Of a DNA stretch of 64,000 bases, positions 23,496 to 34,875 are shown piece by piece (position 1 is the first letter of the stretch; every line of letters starts with the position of its first letter). Location of the stretch: positions 1-64,000 of the forward strand of contig MRSU01004809.1 of NCBI GenBank assembly GCA_008369845.1. The letters run 5' to 3'. The notes under the pieces are model-generated. The model was not told the origin of the DNA. It made no database searches and worked only from the letters and a program-made list of their open reading frames with translations. The DNA is from Trichomonas gallinae (Eukaryota). A program made the position numbers and the translations under genes.

Positions 23496-25021
23496 TAGGG
23501 TTAATGGGAAAACAAATCGGTTTTGAAGGACTATCAAAACTATAAAAGTATAAAATTAGATTAATAATGTTAATATGCATTATAGACCTAAAAATGATTC
23601 ATGATTTTCTTCAACGATCTTGCATTGAAAATGAAAAATCGGATTCTTTGCTTATTTCGGATTAATAACGATATGAGAGAATAATTTGATCAAGTTATAG
23701 CTTGAAAATTTAAGATATCATTGAAAACTATATGCTCTCAAAATTGTTAATATAACTGAAAACTAAATGTTCCCGGAAAATTAGAAAAATTTGGATTTAA
23801 GCATATAATTAGCAAGCAATAATAAATTGATTTTACTCAAAAAATTGAATAATGAACCATTATTAGTAAATCGAAGTGCTATATGAATCACATAATTTCA
23901 AAAATAATTATGCCCGTTATAGTTGAAAATTGCTACATGTTGCTTTAAACTTGAAAAACAGAGCCGTAGGGACCAAACGGAAGCTAATGCACCATTAAAA
24001 CTCATTTACGAGTTCTGTCGATTTTTTTTATGGTTTGCATTCAAAATTTTTCATAAATAATTGTCTGTATTTTACTTATCAAAGATTAATATACAGTTGT
24101 GGATGATGTTTGTTCGATAAATGTTGAACAAAAAAAAAATTCATTATTCTCACAACATCCTCATCATTAGTTGGCCAAATTTATAAATTATAGTCATTCT
24201 TTTCAATTAATTTATGGAAAAAAATTGGATTGGAATTTATGATAATGACTAATTTTAAGATCTGTGTGTATAAATATAATTTTATGATTCAAAAAATTTC
24301 ACATCGCTACAGTCAATTGATTAAATAGGAATACAAAATTGATAACTCAAATTTCAGAACCCTCTTCTCAATTTCTTTAAAATAAAATTTACAAAGTGGC
24401 CGAACAAAATATTGTAGTTGTAATAAACGATATCATAGCATATTATCAGTAAATTTTTATAAACGAACTTTCCTTTCAAAACTATGTCAATTCCAAAATG
24501 ATATATATAGTATGTTTAATGATATTTGGATAATCAAGATTTTTATTTGAAAATTCCTCCAAATTACAGATATTATTCATCCTCACCACTGTAAGATCAT
24601 TTTTCTTTAAAGTTGATTTATCTTTGGACAAAAATCAAAAAAATCATTTTCGATCATCCCAAAAATCTCTTTATTTCCACCAATACCAGTCTCTATTTAT
24701 AACATCATTGAAAATACTCTCGAATCGAGCCAAATCATTTGGTCATCGATGACATGCTTCATTTTTGGCCACTCATGCCATTCAAAAGTAGAAAATGTGA
24801 AATTTTTGTGCTAAATATATAATGCATACGCTATTTAGGTCACCATCCAATGACCAAAATTGCATAAAATAACCTTTTGAAACTTATAAAACTCATAACT
24901 CTTTTACGTTTTCGATCGGTAATTAGCATCCACTCAATATACGGTTTGCACGCGGAGAAAGTAATAAAGAGTAAAGTTTTGAAAATATAATCGGAATCAA
25001 ACAAAAAATATGTTTAAATTA

Positions 25022-28000
25022 CTATAATGCGTTATATAGGGTGATGAGATTCTCAAGCTCTTCTATTTGCCTGTTCAATCTCGAAAGTTCATTCTTTGAA
25101 TTTCGAATCTCAAACTTAACCAATCTGATTTGCGCATTGATATGTGTATCGGTTCCCAGCTCGTTTTTGCTTTTCAACAGATGCTTCTTTCTCTTATTAT
25201 TATCAATATCTTCCTGTACATTTCTGATTTTCTTGTTCAAGTCATCGATGTCACTTTTAGTCTTCGTTTCGAACTTGAAATCTCTTCCACCACATCTTTT
25301 GATGAATGAGGCAACCTTTGTCTTTCCTTCTCTCATCCAGTTTGTATAATGCAGCGGAGTTTCGTCGAAATCATCTTTGACATTGATGTCTTCGCCCATG
25401 TCCAAAAATCTTTTGATCAGAGCCAAAGATTCGTCCATGTCGAATGTCGCCAGGAGATGGATGGCATGCTGGCCACTGATACCTGGCAATGTAGGGAATG
25501 CTCCTTTGTCTATCAGATAGTTCGCTAGCATGAAATCTTTCTGAGAAATAGCAATATTAAGCAGTGTGTTGTGATTTGAATCAAAAGCGTTTGGAAAAGC
25601 TCCTCTATCTATCAGGAAATAGACTGAATCCTTGTGATTGAGTGAGCAAACTTTGCAGACAATAGTATTTCCTCTATAATCTGTCTCATTCAAGTCTGCA
25701 CCTCTTTGTATCAAAGTTTCGGCGAAATCGAGTTTGCTCGAAATCATGCTCAATCCGAAAGCAGAGTTTCCGTCAATATCTCTCATGTATATATTCGCCT
25801 GCTGGTCTATTATCCACTTGAACAGCAGATGGTTGCCTGATAAGACAGCGAACATCAAAGGAGTCCTCCAATCGTAAACTGTCGGCTGATCAATGAAGGA
25901 GCCCCATTTGACGAGATTCTCTATGTAGTACAAATCATTGGATGTTGCAGCTTCGTGGATTGGGAAGATGCCGGACTTAGACGTTACATTGATGAAAGCG
26001 CCCTGCAAATAAAGTAGGTCGAAAATCTCTTTGTTGTTGACCCTTATAGCTTGAATGAACGGCGTGATTTCGGCGAGAGAAACATTGACATCAGCTCTGT
26101 TCTGAATCAGTTTCTTGATTGTTTCAATGTCTCCTCTGTCGATTGCGTAATTTAATGCTGAATAAGGTTTGTTGTCGAGTTTGTTTACAATAGCATTGTT
26201 GGCCAAAAGGTAGTCAATGAAGTCATCATATCCTTTGATTGTTGCTACGATTAATGGAGTCCTGTCCATTTCTCCTTCTTCGTTGACGTCGAAGCCGAGT
26301 TTTATAAAGTGCTTGAAATCTGTTAAACGATTTTCCTCGACGGTTCTGTGCAGAGCGGATAATGTTGTCGCTGATTCTTTTTGAGCGTTGTGTTCTATCA
26401 AGAACTTGACACAATCCCACTGGTTGTACATTGCTGACCTAGAAAGAGGAGTTTCTCGGTTCAAAACCTCGTTGACGTCGAAGCCGATTTTCAGCAGCAT
26501 TTTGAGCATCCTGAGATTTCCTTGTGCAGCAGCCAGATGCATTGGAGTTAGTTCTGTGTCATTCCTCGTGTAGATGTTTGCTTTCTTCGACATTAAATAC
26601 TTGCAGACACCTTTAGCTTCGTTTAGAGCTGCCACCATGAAAGGCGTGTTTATCTTTGGTCCACGAATTTCCAGCAATCTTTTGTCCTCTTTGATCAAAT
26701 ACTCGACAACAGCGACTTTGTTGTTTTTGGCAGCCAAGTGGATTGGAAAAGAGCCTGAGCTTGTCGCTGTAAACAAGTCTGCCTTTCTCTTAAGCAAAAA
26801 CTTAACAACATCGAGGTGTCCATTGTAGCAGGCTGCGTGTAATGCAGTGTTTTTGTTCCAATACTTCGCGTTTACGTCGAATGTGTTAGTTTGGTACAAG
26901 AATGTCACCAAGTCTATGTTTCCTGACTGACAAGCATAATAGAAGGCGTTGCACTGGTTGACATCTGTGTCATTCAAGCAATCAGGGAAAGTAGATATAA
27001 GATATTTGACGACATCAAACTTTCCTGATTTGCAGGCAGCCAAAAATGGAGAAATGTAATAGATATCTCTTGTCTTTGTGTCGACGTTGAGTGATATCAA
27101 GTGTTGGACAGCTATTAGATTTCCACCTTCGCATGCAGCGTAAAAAGGTGTAATTGAATTCCTCGTTAAAACTTTTGTGTTTGCGCCGTTATTCTCCAAG
27201 TATTGCATCAACTCTACGTTACCTGAGTAGCACGCCATGATGTAAGGAGTCGCGTTATCAGTCGATCTCTGCTTGTTGACGTCCAAACCATGATGAAGAG
27301 CCAAGGTCGCCAAAACCATGTCGCCTTTTCCGCAAATAAAGTGCAAAAAGTTCATTCCGACTTTGTTGATAATGGAAAGATTTGCTCCTTTGTCGATAAT
27401 CAGCTGTGTCAACTCCGGATAATTATTTGTGTAGGCTGTTACCAATAATGGCTGACCATCCGATGACAGTTCATTGATGTCGCCGCCTCTTGTGAGCAAA
27501 AACTCGAATGCTTCACTTTTGTTGTTTTTGACAGCGTAATATATAGGTTTGTCACCACTCAGTGACTTTTGCTGTGTGTCTACACCTTTGTTCACCAGAT
27601 ATTCCATAATGTTAATGTGTCCATTTTCAGCAGCAATGCACATTGGAGTTTTTCCTTGAATCAAGTAAGAATTCATGTCAAACTTTTGTTCTTCGATCAA
27701 ATATTTTACAACGTTAAGATGACCAAACTCGCAGCTTATTGCCAAAGCATTTGCATTCTCTTCTGTTGTAGCATTCAAGTCTGCGCCCATTGAGACCAAA
27801 TATTTCACAGCATTTAGCTGTCCTGAAGTGCAGGCAGCAAGAAATGGTGTCAAACCGATTTTCGACTTAACTTCAATCGATTTAGGAATTTCGTAAAGAT
27901 AATATATGATTTCTGGAATATTTCCTGCTGCAGCTGCTTTGAGGATGTTGCTACCTTTCTCGATTTTAACAGGTAGATCGGCCTTTGACACGTTTAGGAA

Positions 28001-29452
28001 TAAGTTTCTCATCTCCTTTGAATCGCATTTCACTAATAAGCCTTTGTTTGTGAATTTAGGATGATTGGATATGCGTGAAATTATCAGCTTAGCTTCATCG
28101 TAGTTGTCAAGTTCTATTGCAACATTTAAGGCGTGCATGATGTGATCGAACAAGTCTCCTTGAAGAAAATCATCCAAAATAAATTCAAGAGGAATGATTT
28201 TTTCGTAAAAGACTGAATAAGTCAGCGCACTTTCGTTTTTGGAGTTGATGAATCTAACATTAGCATTGTGGTTAATCAAAAATCCTGAGAGAACGATGCC
28301 ATACTTAAGAGAAATCATCAGAGCTGATTCATCTTCGGAATTTGTTGAATCAACATCGACTCCGTGCTTCATCCAGTAATTAGCAGTTAACACTTGGTCT
28401 CCTCTGACTGACATGAGGAATGCATCCTTCTGATTCGGTATGAAATTCAATGCAATTAATTGTTCAACGCAGCGAAGCTTTCCATTCAAGCAGGCAAACA
28501 TCATCGCATCGCAATCATTGACTTTTGCGTTAAATGTGTTCTGTGTAGCCAATAAAGGAATGCAATCTGGAAAATCGTTTTGAATTGCATAAAATAAAGC
28601 ATTGTACCCGTGCGGATCCACGTAATTTATGTCCATCCCGTATTGTATTAATATCTGAGCAGCGTCAATATCATGGTTTTCGATTGCAATCATGAGTAAT
28701 GACTTTCCATCGACTTTTGTGTCGAATTTCATACCAATGTTGTGCAAATAAACGAGAATATTCGGTTTATGGTTGACTATCGCGTGTATTATTGCGTTGT
28801 TCTTGTTCGAATCTACAGCATCAATGTTGCAGCCGAATTTTACCAAAATATGTGCAAGGGAAAGGTATCCATTTGCGCACGCAATCATGAACGGTGTCAT
28901 CTTCTTGTCATCAGTCTCGTCTATATTTTTGCCGATTGTCAATAAATACAAAACTTCATTAATATTATTTTCACTTGCAGCCTCGCAAATCTTTCGTTTG
29001 CGCATTTCTTGTCTGTAATATCCTGTTATAATACGTCTTATGTCATCGTTTGCATAATTTAACGCTGTTTTTCCATTTGATGAACGAAAATGTGGACTTG
29101 CACCTGCTTGTATAATCAAACCAACAATATCGGAGTATCTCTTGTGAGCTGCTATCATCAATAAAGACATGTTTTGAACAATAATGTTAGGATTTGCTCC
29201 GTTTCGCAAACAAAAATCAACAAATGTAGCATCACCTGTCATAATTGCATGATAAAGTAGCGGAAAATTATCAGATGATTTTGAATTTAGTGTATTTCCG
29301 TATGCAAATTTGTTAATTATATAATCCGTTCTTTTCTTCTTAACATCTTCAGCAAACTCAGGATCAGCAAACACCATCGAGTAAGAATCGATATAGCGTG
29401 GTAATAAATTCTCGTTTATTAATAATTCTTCCTCTTTTTGTGTCAAATCCAT
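25022..29452 (-). CDS. large ankyrin-repeat protein with C-terminal coiled coil
   Basis: Dozens of TP(F/L)..A...G..VV.YL...GA..N units; heptad-rich last ~80 aa. Confidence 0.93.
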   Translation of the reverse strand: MDLTQKEEELLINENLLPRYIDSYSMVFADPEFAEDVKKKRTDYIINKFAYGNTLNSKSSDNFPLLYHAIMTGDATFVDFCLRNGANPNIIVQNMSLLMIAAHKRYSDIVGLIIQAGASPHFRSSNGKTALNYANDDIRRIITGYYRQEMRKRKICEAASENNINEVLYLLTIGKNIDETDDKKMTPFMIACANGYLSLAHILVKFGCNIDAVDSNKNNAIIHAIVNHKPNILVYLHNIGMKFDTKVDGKSLLMIAIENHDIDAAQILIQYGMDINYVDPHGYNALFYAIQNDFPDCIPLLATQNTFNAKVNDCDAMMFACLNGKLRCVEQLIALNFIPNQKDAFLMSVRGDQVLTANYWMKHGVDVDSTNSEDESALMISLKYGIVLSGFLINHNANVRFINSKNESALTYSVFYEKIIPLEFILDDFLQGDLFDHIMHALNVAIELDNYDEAKLIISRISNHPKFTNKGLLVKCDSKEMRNLFLNVSKADLPVKIEKGSNILKAAAAGNIPEIIYYLYEIPKSIEVKSKIGLTPFLAACTSGQLNAVKYLVSMGADLNATTEENANALAISCEFGHLNVVKYLIEEQKFDMNSYLIQGKTPMCIAAENGHINIMEYLVNKGVDTQQKSLSGDKPIYYAVKNNKSEAFEFLLTRGGDINELSSDGQPLLVTAYTNNYPELTQLIIDKGANLSIINKVGMNFLHFICGKGDMVLATLALHHGLDVNKQRSTDNATPYIMACYSGNVELMQYLENNGANTKVLTRNSITPFYAACEGGNLIAVQHLISLNVDTKTRDIYYISPFLAACKSGKFDVVKYLISTFPDCLNDTDVNQCNAFYYACQSGNIDLVTFLYQTNTFDVNAKYWNKNTALHAACYNGHLDVVKFLLKRKADLFTATSSGSFPIHLAAKNNKVAVVEYLIKEDKRLLEIRGPKINTPFMVAALNEAKGVCKYLMSKKANIYTRNDTELTPMHLAAAQGNLRMLKMLLKIGFDVNEVLNRETPLSRSAMYNQWDCVKFLIEHNAQKESATTLSALHRTVEENRLTDFKHFIKLGFDVNEEGEMDRTPLIVATIKGYDDFIDYLLANNAIVNKLDNKPYSALNYAIDRGDIETIKKLIQNRADVNVSLAEITPFIQAIRVNNKEIFDLLYLQGAFINVTSKSGIFPIHEAATSNDLYYIENLVKWGSFIDQPTVYDWRTPLMFAVLSGNHLLFKWIIDQQANIYMRDIDGNSAFGLSMISSKLDFAETLIQRGADLNETDYRGNTIVCKVCSLNHKDSVYFLIDRGAFPNAFDSNHNTLLNIAISQKDFMLANYLIDKGAFPTLPGISGQHAIHLLATFDMDESLALIKRFLDMGEDINVKDDFDETPLHYTNWMREGKTKVASFIKRCGGRDFKFETKTKSDIDDLNKKIRNVQEDIDNNKRKKHLLKSKNELGTDTHINAQIRLVKFEIRNSKNELSRLNRQIEELENLITLYNAL

Positions 29453-29541
29453 TTTTCCAAAAAAATTGTCACTTTTTCAGATCGAGGAATTTGTCACTTT
29501 TTGTAGCACTTTCCGTTCATAGGGATTTGTCACTTTTTAAA
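29453..29541. promoter_or_regulatory. 89-bp bidirectional promoter with three TTGTCACTTTTT copies
   Basis: Copies at 29466-29477, 29491-29502 and 29527-29538 between divergent ATGs at 29452 (-) and 29542 (+). Confidence 0.7.
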
Positions 29542-29972
29542 ATGTTTTGTTTTTTAATTTTTTTAGGTAAAAGTGTTGCATTGGACTTAAGTGTCTGCAG
29601 GACACAGCAGTTTGAGCAAGATTTGATTACACTTGTTGACATAGAACCTTCTAGTTCAGTTTTATTTTCTAACAAGCAGCGATTTCGAAGAATAATTACT
29701 TTAGAATGAAAGTAGAGGCAAAAAAACCTGATCCTAATAAGAATTATTTCATGGAATTTCAGCTATCTCAAGACCAGGCGCCTTTCCTAAGACAAAGAGG
29801 CGATTTCTGTTTGCATGATAGCGATAGATGCCAAGAAAACACAATGAAACACATTGGTGAATACATCCTTCCATCTTCTACAAAAACTGGACGATATAAT
29901 CTTCGAGTTATTATTTACAACGATGAAAACATGCCGATTTCTTGCAAATCGGCTGAAATCAACTACGAATAA
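29542..29972 (+). CDS. ML (MD-2/NPC2-like) lipid-recognition protein, two exons (29542-29653, 29680-29972), 134 aa
   Basis: Signal peptide MFCFLIFLGKSVAL, VC, VDIEPS, GDFC...C, LP...GRYNLRV.IYND...ISC. The frame is restored by removing a 26-nt GT-AG intron. Confidence 0.8.
29654..29679 (+). other. 26-nt spliceosomal intron
   Basis: GTTCAGTTTTATTTTCTAACAAGCAG: GT donor and a TCTAAC branch motif fused to a CAG acceptor. Removal joins two ORFs in frame. Confidence 0.82.
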
Positions 29973-30238
29973 TCGATTTACATTTGTCTTAATGTTATAT
30001 AATTTTTAAATTATTATTTCGGAAATATGTTCTAAATACATAATGTTTATACGTTACATTGATGAACCAATACATTTCTAATGTTATTATTATTTTGAAA
30101 ATTCAAAATTTATTTTTTGATTAAAAATATTTGTAGAAAATAGAGTTGTGAAGTTGATATATATAATATTAACGAATAATAAAACATTTTACGTAATCAC
30201 ATGAAATGAAAATTAAAAAAAATGATGAAATAATAAAA

Positions 30239-32161
30239 TTACAAAACTTCATTCAATTTGTATCCTTGGTTCTTTGGCTCTAACTGAATAGGATAGATGA
30301 GTGAAACATCCCAGTTCTCGATCAGCTGCTCAAGGAAGAATTGTCCAACACCAGCATCTAATCTTGTAGATCCGACAGCAGAAGACATGTCAAACTGTAC
30401 AATATTTGGTGAGAAGACCATAGCAAGGTTCTTGACACCCATCTTAGTCTTCTCTTGATGGACAGAGAGTTCCTGCAAGAATCCGATTAAATATGCTAAA
30501 GTCATTGAGTTAACTGGCGGAAGAGAGGCCGCGAACTCAATGAACTGGTCCTTTTCTGAAAATCCGGATAAGTATGGAGCAAGATTTATTGGAACGATCA
30601 TTCCAGAAATATCTCTGAACCATTTCTTCATAAGAGAAGCGCAATCATCGAGGTTGATGCCTTCAAGGACATTGTGACCTTCATTAGCGAGTGCAGCAAG
30701 TTCGTCAACTCTCTTCATTGAGCCAGGCATTCTAAAAACGCCTTCGCGCTCTTTGCACCTGAGTTCGTTCATCTTCGCGCAGATTTCTATGAGGAAATAT
30801 GGTATTGGACAGTTAGGATGCTGGCGACGCTGGCACCACATGACTTCGTAGAGAGATGCACCGAAAACTGTATGAAAAGTAAGTGGATGAGTTGGTATGT
30901 TCGATATGTATTCGTCTGTAAGATCTTCCATTGGTTGGCCGATTGTCATTCTTGCTGTATAGCGAATAAAAGTGAATGTTGAAATTAATTTGAGTCCACG
31001 ATTGTTATTTCGGAGAGTTTTCGCGATGTGTGATTTGATCCATAACTCGGATTCCTTAGATGATGGGAAAATTGTTGCTAATGTAAGCAAAAGCTCCCAA
31101 GCGCGAATCAAATTTTCAACAGGAGGGTTACCGTTTGTTTGTTTCATCACCTGGAAGTAGGCCTCATCAATTAGGCGCGGGTCTTCCTGGAGCATTCTAA
31201 CAAATTCCTGAAGTGTAGGTTGGATTTTTGATTTGCATTTCTGAACTTTAGTATACATTAAGATAAACGTGAAGAGCTTGATTGCCGCCTTATGGCATTC
31301 AACAGGAAGGTTTTGTAAAAGTGGGTTCGATATTGGTTTGGATTCAAATGATATAAGAGAATCAACTGAGACCTGTTCGCGTGAAAGTTTGCCTTTCTTA
31401 GGTTTGTTGAAGTGATCTTTAGCGAATTTATCGAGACTGTAGTCAGGGTTCTTCTCAACGACCGGCAAGAAACCACTGTCTGTACGAGGAAGCGTGAATT
31501 TTCTTCGGCTGCCTCCATGCTTGTGGTCTGGTTCAGAATCATCGTCCTTTTTGTCTTCTTCCTCTTGTTCTTCGACTTTTTCGATTTCGTAATCTTGGTT
31601 GCTAACTTGCTGATTGCTTGACTCATTGTTTGAGTCAGGAGCTGCGAGTTTCGCTGGATCAAACTGAACTACGCTCTGCTCAATTTCTAAAACAAATGGC
31701 TGATCTCCATCATCAGCGACATTGAAAACGCATGTACGCACACCAGTGAATTTATTGGATCTGATATAAGGAACCAATGAGTCACTACGACGTCTTTGTT
31801 TTTTATTTTCGATTTTAAGAGGATTTAGTCTTGGTGAGACAGTTTGAATCGCCCTTACTTCTGGTAAGTAATGCGGAACCTCCGAAGCTCTGTGCGTATG
31901 TGGCTTTTTTGGAATTCCTGCATCTGGAATTAAGCCGATTTTATCAGGAACTGCAATAGTTGATTGTGTGGTTTCTTTTGATGTCGGCTCAGAAACTTTG
32001 GAGCGTAATAAAGGATTGATAAACGGTTCCTGCGTTTCCGGATCAAGAACATAAGCGTCTTCTGGATAATCCCATGTAGTTTCTTGGGTGGTCATATCCA
32101 GATAATAATACCTGTGGTAGTTATCATCAAAGAAAGCGTAGTATGTCTTAACCTCGGCCAT
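30239..32161 (-). CDS. WW-MyTH4-RhoGAP protein (ARHGAP39-like architecture)
   Basis: YYYLDMTTQETTWDYP (WW); DEAYFQVMKQTNGNP...RAWELL (MyTH4); EGVFRMPG and KMGVKNLAMVFSPN (RhoGAP with arginine finger). Confidence 0.92.
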   Translation of the reverse strand: MAEVKTYYAFFDDNYHRYYYLDMTTQETTWDYPEDAYVLDPETQEPFINPLLRSKVSEPTSKETTQSTIAVPDKIGLIPDAGIPKKPHTHRASEVPHYLPEVRAIQTVSPRLNPLKIENKKQRRRSDSLVPYIRSNKFTGVRTCVFNVADDGDQPFVLEIEQSVVQFDPAKLAAPDSNNESSNQQVSNQDYEIEKVEEQEEEDKKDDDSEPDHKHGGSRRKFTLPRTDSGFLPVVEKNPDYSLDKFAKDHFNKPKKGKLSREQVSVDSLISFESKPISNPLLQNLPVECHKAAIKLFTFILMYTKVQKCKSKIQPTLQEFVRMLQEDPRLIDEAYFQVMKQTNGNPPVENLIRAWELLLTLATIFPSSKESELWIKSHIAKTLRNNNRGLKLISTFTFIRYTARMTIGQPMEDLTDEYISNIPTHPLTFHTVFGASLYEVMWCQRRQHPNCPIPYFLIEICAKMNELRCKEREGVFRMPGSMKRVDELAALANEGHNVLEGINLDDCASLMKKWFRDISGMIVPINLAPYLSGFSEKDQFIEFAASLPPVNSMTLAYLIGFLQELSVHQEKTKMGVKNLAMVFSPNIVQFDMSSAVGSTRLDAGVGQFFLEQLIENWDVSLIYPIQLEPKNQGYKLNEVL

Positions 32162-33102
32162 TTTAAAATTGATTGATTTAAAAAATGGTTTTTCTAAGAA
32201 TTCTCGAAATTTAGGTAAATAGCCACAAAATTGTGTTTAAAGCAGAACAAACCTAAAATTTTTTGATATCAACGTATAAAATTTTTGTTGTCAAATCTGG
32301 ATTTGATGTGATATTTAGATACTATGTATATAATACATTATGATTCATTATTGATTTCGCTTCTAAATCACTTTTACAACTAGAAAATTTTATAATAATA
32401 GAAATAATATGGAAAATATTACAAGAAAAACGTTTACTTTATTTTGAGGATACGAGACTTAATCATTCTCTTATTTAAATGTGTAACTAATAGAGATTGT
32501 ATATTTCAAGTTTAATTGAAATTCAGTGTGAATTTTTAAGATTATTGGATGATTTTAATCGTGAGACATTATATATATTCTTACCCATGTTCAATCCTAT
32601 CAATTCTCCATTAATAAAGCTCGGTAACTCAAGATTTAATTGTCCCTATTTGAAAACATGTCACACTCATTTGATTTTTTAAGAATGTGGATTTTGCATG
32701 TGTGTGAAGCATTTTATTTATTCAGAACAAACATTTAAATGATAGATTGCAGAATTTAAAATTAAACTATAAATGCTATGGTTGATACCTTTGAAAGTTG
32801 ATCTACACAAGGCTAAATGTTCAGAGCAATTTTAAAAATAAACGTATTTGAATCTTTCTTGAACTAAGCTACATAAGGGAAATTTCGTTCTATATTCTGC
32901 TTTCCTTTAATGAGAAGATGAATAATTCGGAACTTGATTTGATTTCATATTTTTTTCTTTTCATTTAATATATTTGCAGAGTTAAACCATAGTCATATCA
33001 GTAGCTTTAATGTGTAAAAGCACATATCATCCAATATAACAGCAATTTATTAAAAAAATATACGATGAAATAAGGAATAAAAAAACAAACAGTTTAATAG
33101 CT

Positions 33103-33537
33103 CTAGTGATGATTCAAAAGGATTTCCAATGAGAATGGATCGGCATAATGAGCTGGTGTTATGGGCAATGGATTGAACGATTCAAATTCAATCTTTTGTG
33201 TGTTCGAATTTGTGTTCATTAATGTATCGGTTATATTTAAATGCTTGAGAACTGGGTAAATACGATCCCAGTTTTCAGCATACCAGCATAACAGAGCGGT
33301 TCGATTTCTTTTGGCAAGTCTATCTAATTCCAAGCCATGAATATCCATGATTATCTTCGCCAATGAATTCAAAATAAGGGTGTTAACATGTGTTCCGAAA
33401 TACTTATCAAGGTAAACTGAGATGAACTTCAACTTATCTCCATTAGCTTGTATCCTCTTCTGTATCTTTTCATTGTCTCTGATTGACTGTGGTTGATGTA
33501 CCCTGCCTCTCCTGTACACACGCAATGGAACAAGCAT
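33103..33537 (-). CDS. uncharacterised small basic protein (LA.R.R.AL.CWYAENW family)
   Basis: LDRLAKRNRTALLCWYAENW and C-terminal DPFSLEILLNHH; paralogue of 23082-23495. Start taken at MLVPLR; an alternative ATG is at 33609. Confidence 0.78.
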   Translation of the reverse strand: MLVPLRVYRRGRVHQPQSIRDNEKIQKRIQANGDKLKFISVYLDKYFGTHVNTLILNSLAKIIMDIHGLELDRLAKRNRTALLCWYAENWDRIYPVLKHLNITDTLMNTNSNTQKIEFESFNPLPITPAHYADPFSLEILLNHH

Positions 33538-34875
33538 CAAAAATAAAATTGAATTTTTGTGAAGATTATATTTTGAGGATATCTTTATTTTAAAAAATTC
33601 ACCACTCATGTATATTGGTTAAGAATTGCCCGATGCGTAATATGAATGAGTTATTTTTTGAAGGGAAGTCATTGAAATGTAAAAGATTTTGTATTGAAAT
33701 AAAATGTACAGCCAAATATATTTTATTTCGTGATGTTTGGTTTAGTAATCGTCTATAAATAAGTTATTTATAATTGGTTCTTTGTGAGAAGAATTTTCTG
33801 ATGTTTACGGCGCTTTTTTTTTTTTCGTTTTTCTTTCTGGGCAATAAATTCGAATATAATGCTGATCCCGAGGGAGAATTTCAACGACTTATTAATATTC
33901 ATTCTCAATTTTTTAAATAGATTGATTATTTTTTCTGAGCAACATCGTTACAATGAATTATTCGTTTTCACTATAAAATTGATAAGATATGAAAATCTAA
34001 TATATTGTTTAAAATTTCAATTAAATATTTTTCTGAGCTGATTTTACATATTAGTTAAATGTCTACCTACTTTTGATCAATGATGATTATATATTGAACA
34101 ATTTACTAAAATAACGATAAAAATGAGTTCAAAAGTTCTAGATGATTTTTGTGAGATAGAAAAAGTTTTGTGAACTTATCGTGTAATTGCTTTAATTCTA
34201 CGTTTTCATATTTAGATAACTGTGCATATTAGTATTATCGAGAAATCAAAACGCGGGTTCCAACATGACACTAAATCTGTACTTTCAGACAAATTTGAAG
34301 TATATTTAGCATTAATATCTATAACTATATAGTTTTCAATGATTTAAATTAGAATATTAATCTTATTTTTTCAAGTCCAAATGTGTATCGCATCAATTTG
34401 GATTTTATACTACATATTGGTTTATATGTCTAATTTTAAGTATGTTCATAATGGTGTTACGAATGATTTGCGATTGACCACATTCGAGCATATGGGGATA
34501 GAGCCAAACATTTGAAGTCATGCATACTCTGTATTCACATGCTTATGCTCATCAAAATATATGATTTAAAGCAAATAATATAACGAATTAACAATCTGAA
34601 TCATATTTGCTATATGATCCACATCTTAAATGCATAAAATATATTATTTAGGTATTTTGAAGGTTATATCATAACGATGTACTATGAAATTCTTATTATA
34701 TTCTGTTACCGAAATATCATTTTCTTGGATATCTTCTTGGATTTGAGGAAAACAAAGTGTCAACAGAACAAATCAATATATTGTATACTGTAGCTAAAAC
34801 TATTTATATTGAATTTCATTTATGTTAAATTTCAAAACTTTAGTCAAATTTGCGGGTAACCAAACTAAATTTAGA

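Noticed and set aside
23540..25000. Long gene-free stretch as a possible transposon
   Set aside because: No terminal repeats or transposase-like remnants that I could see.
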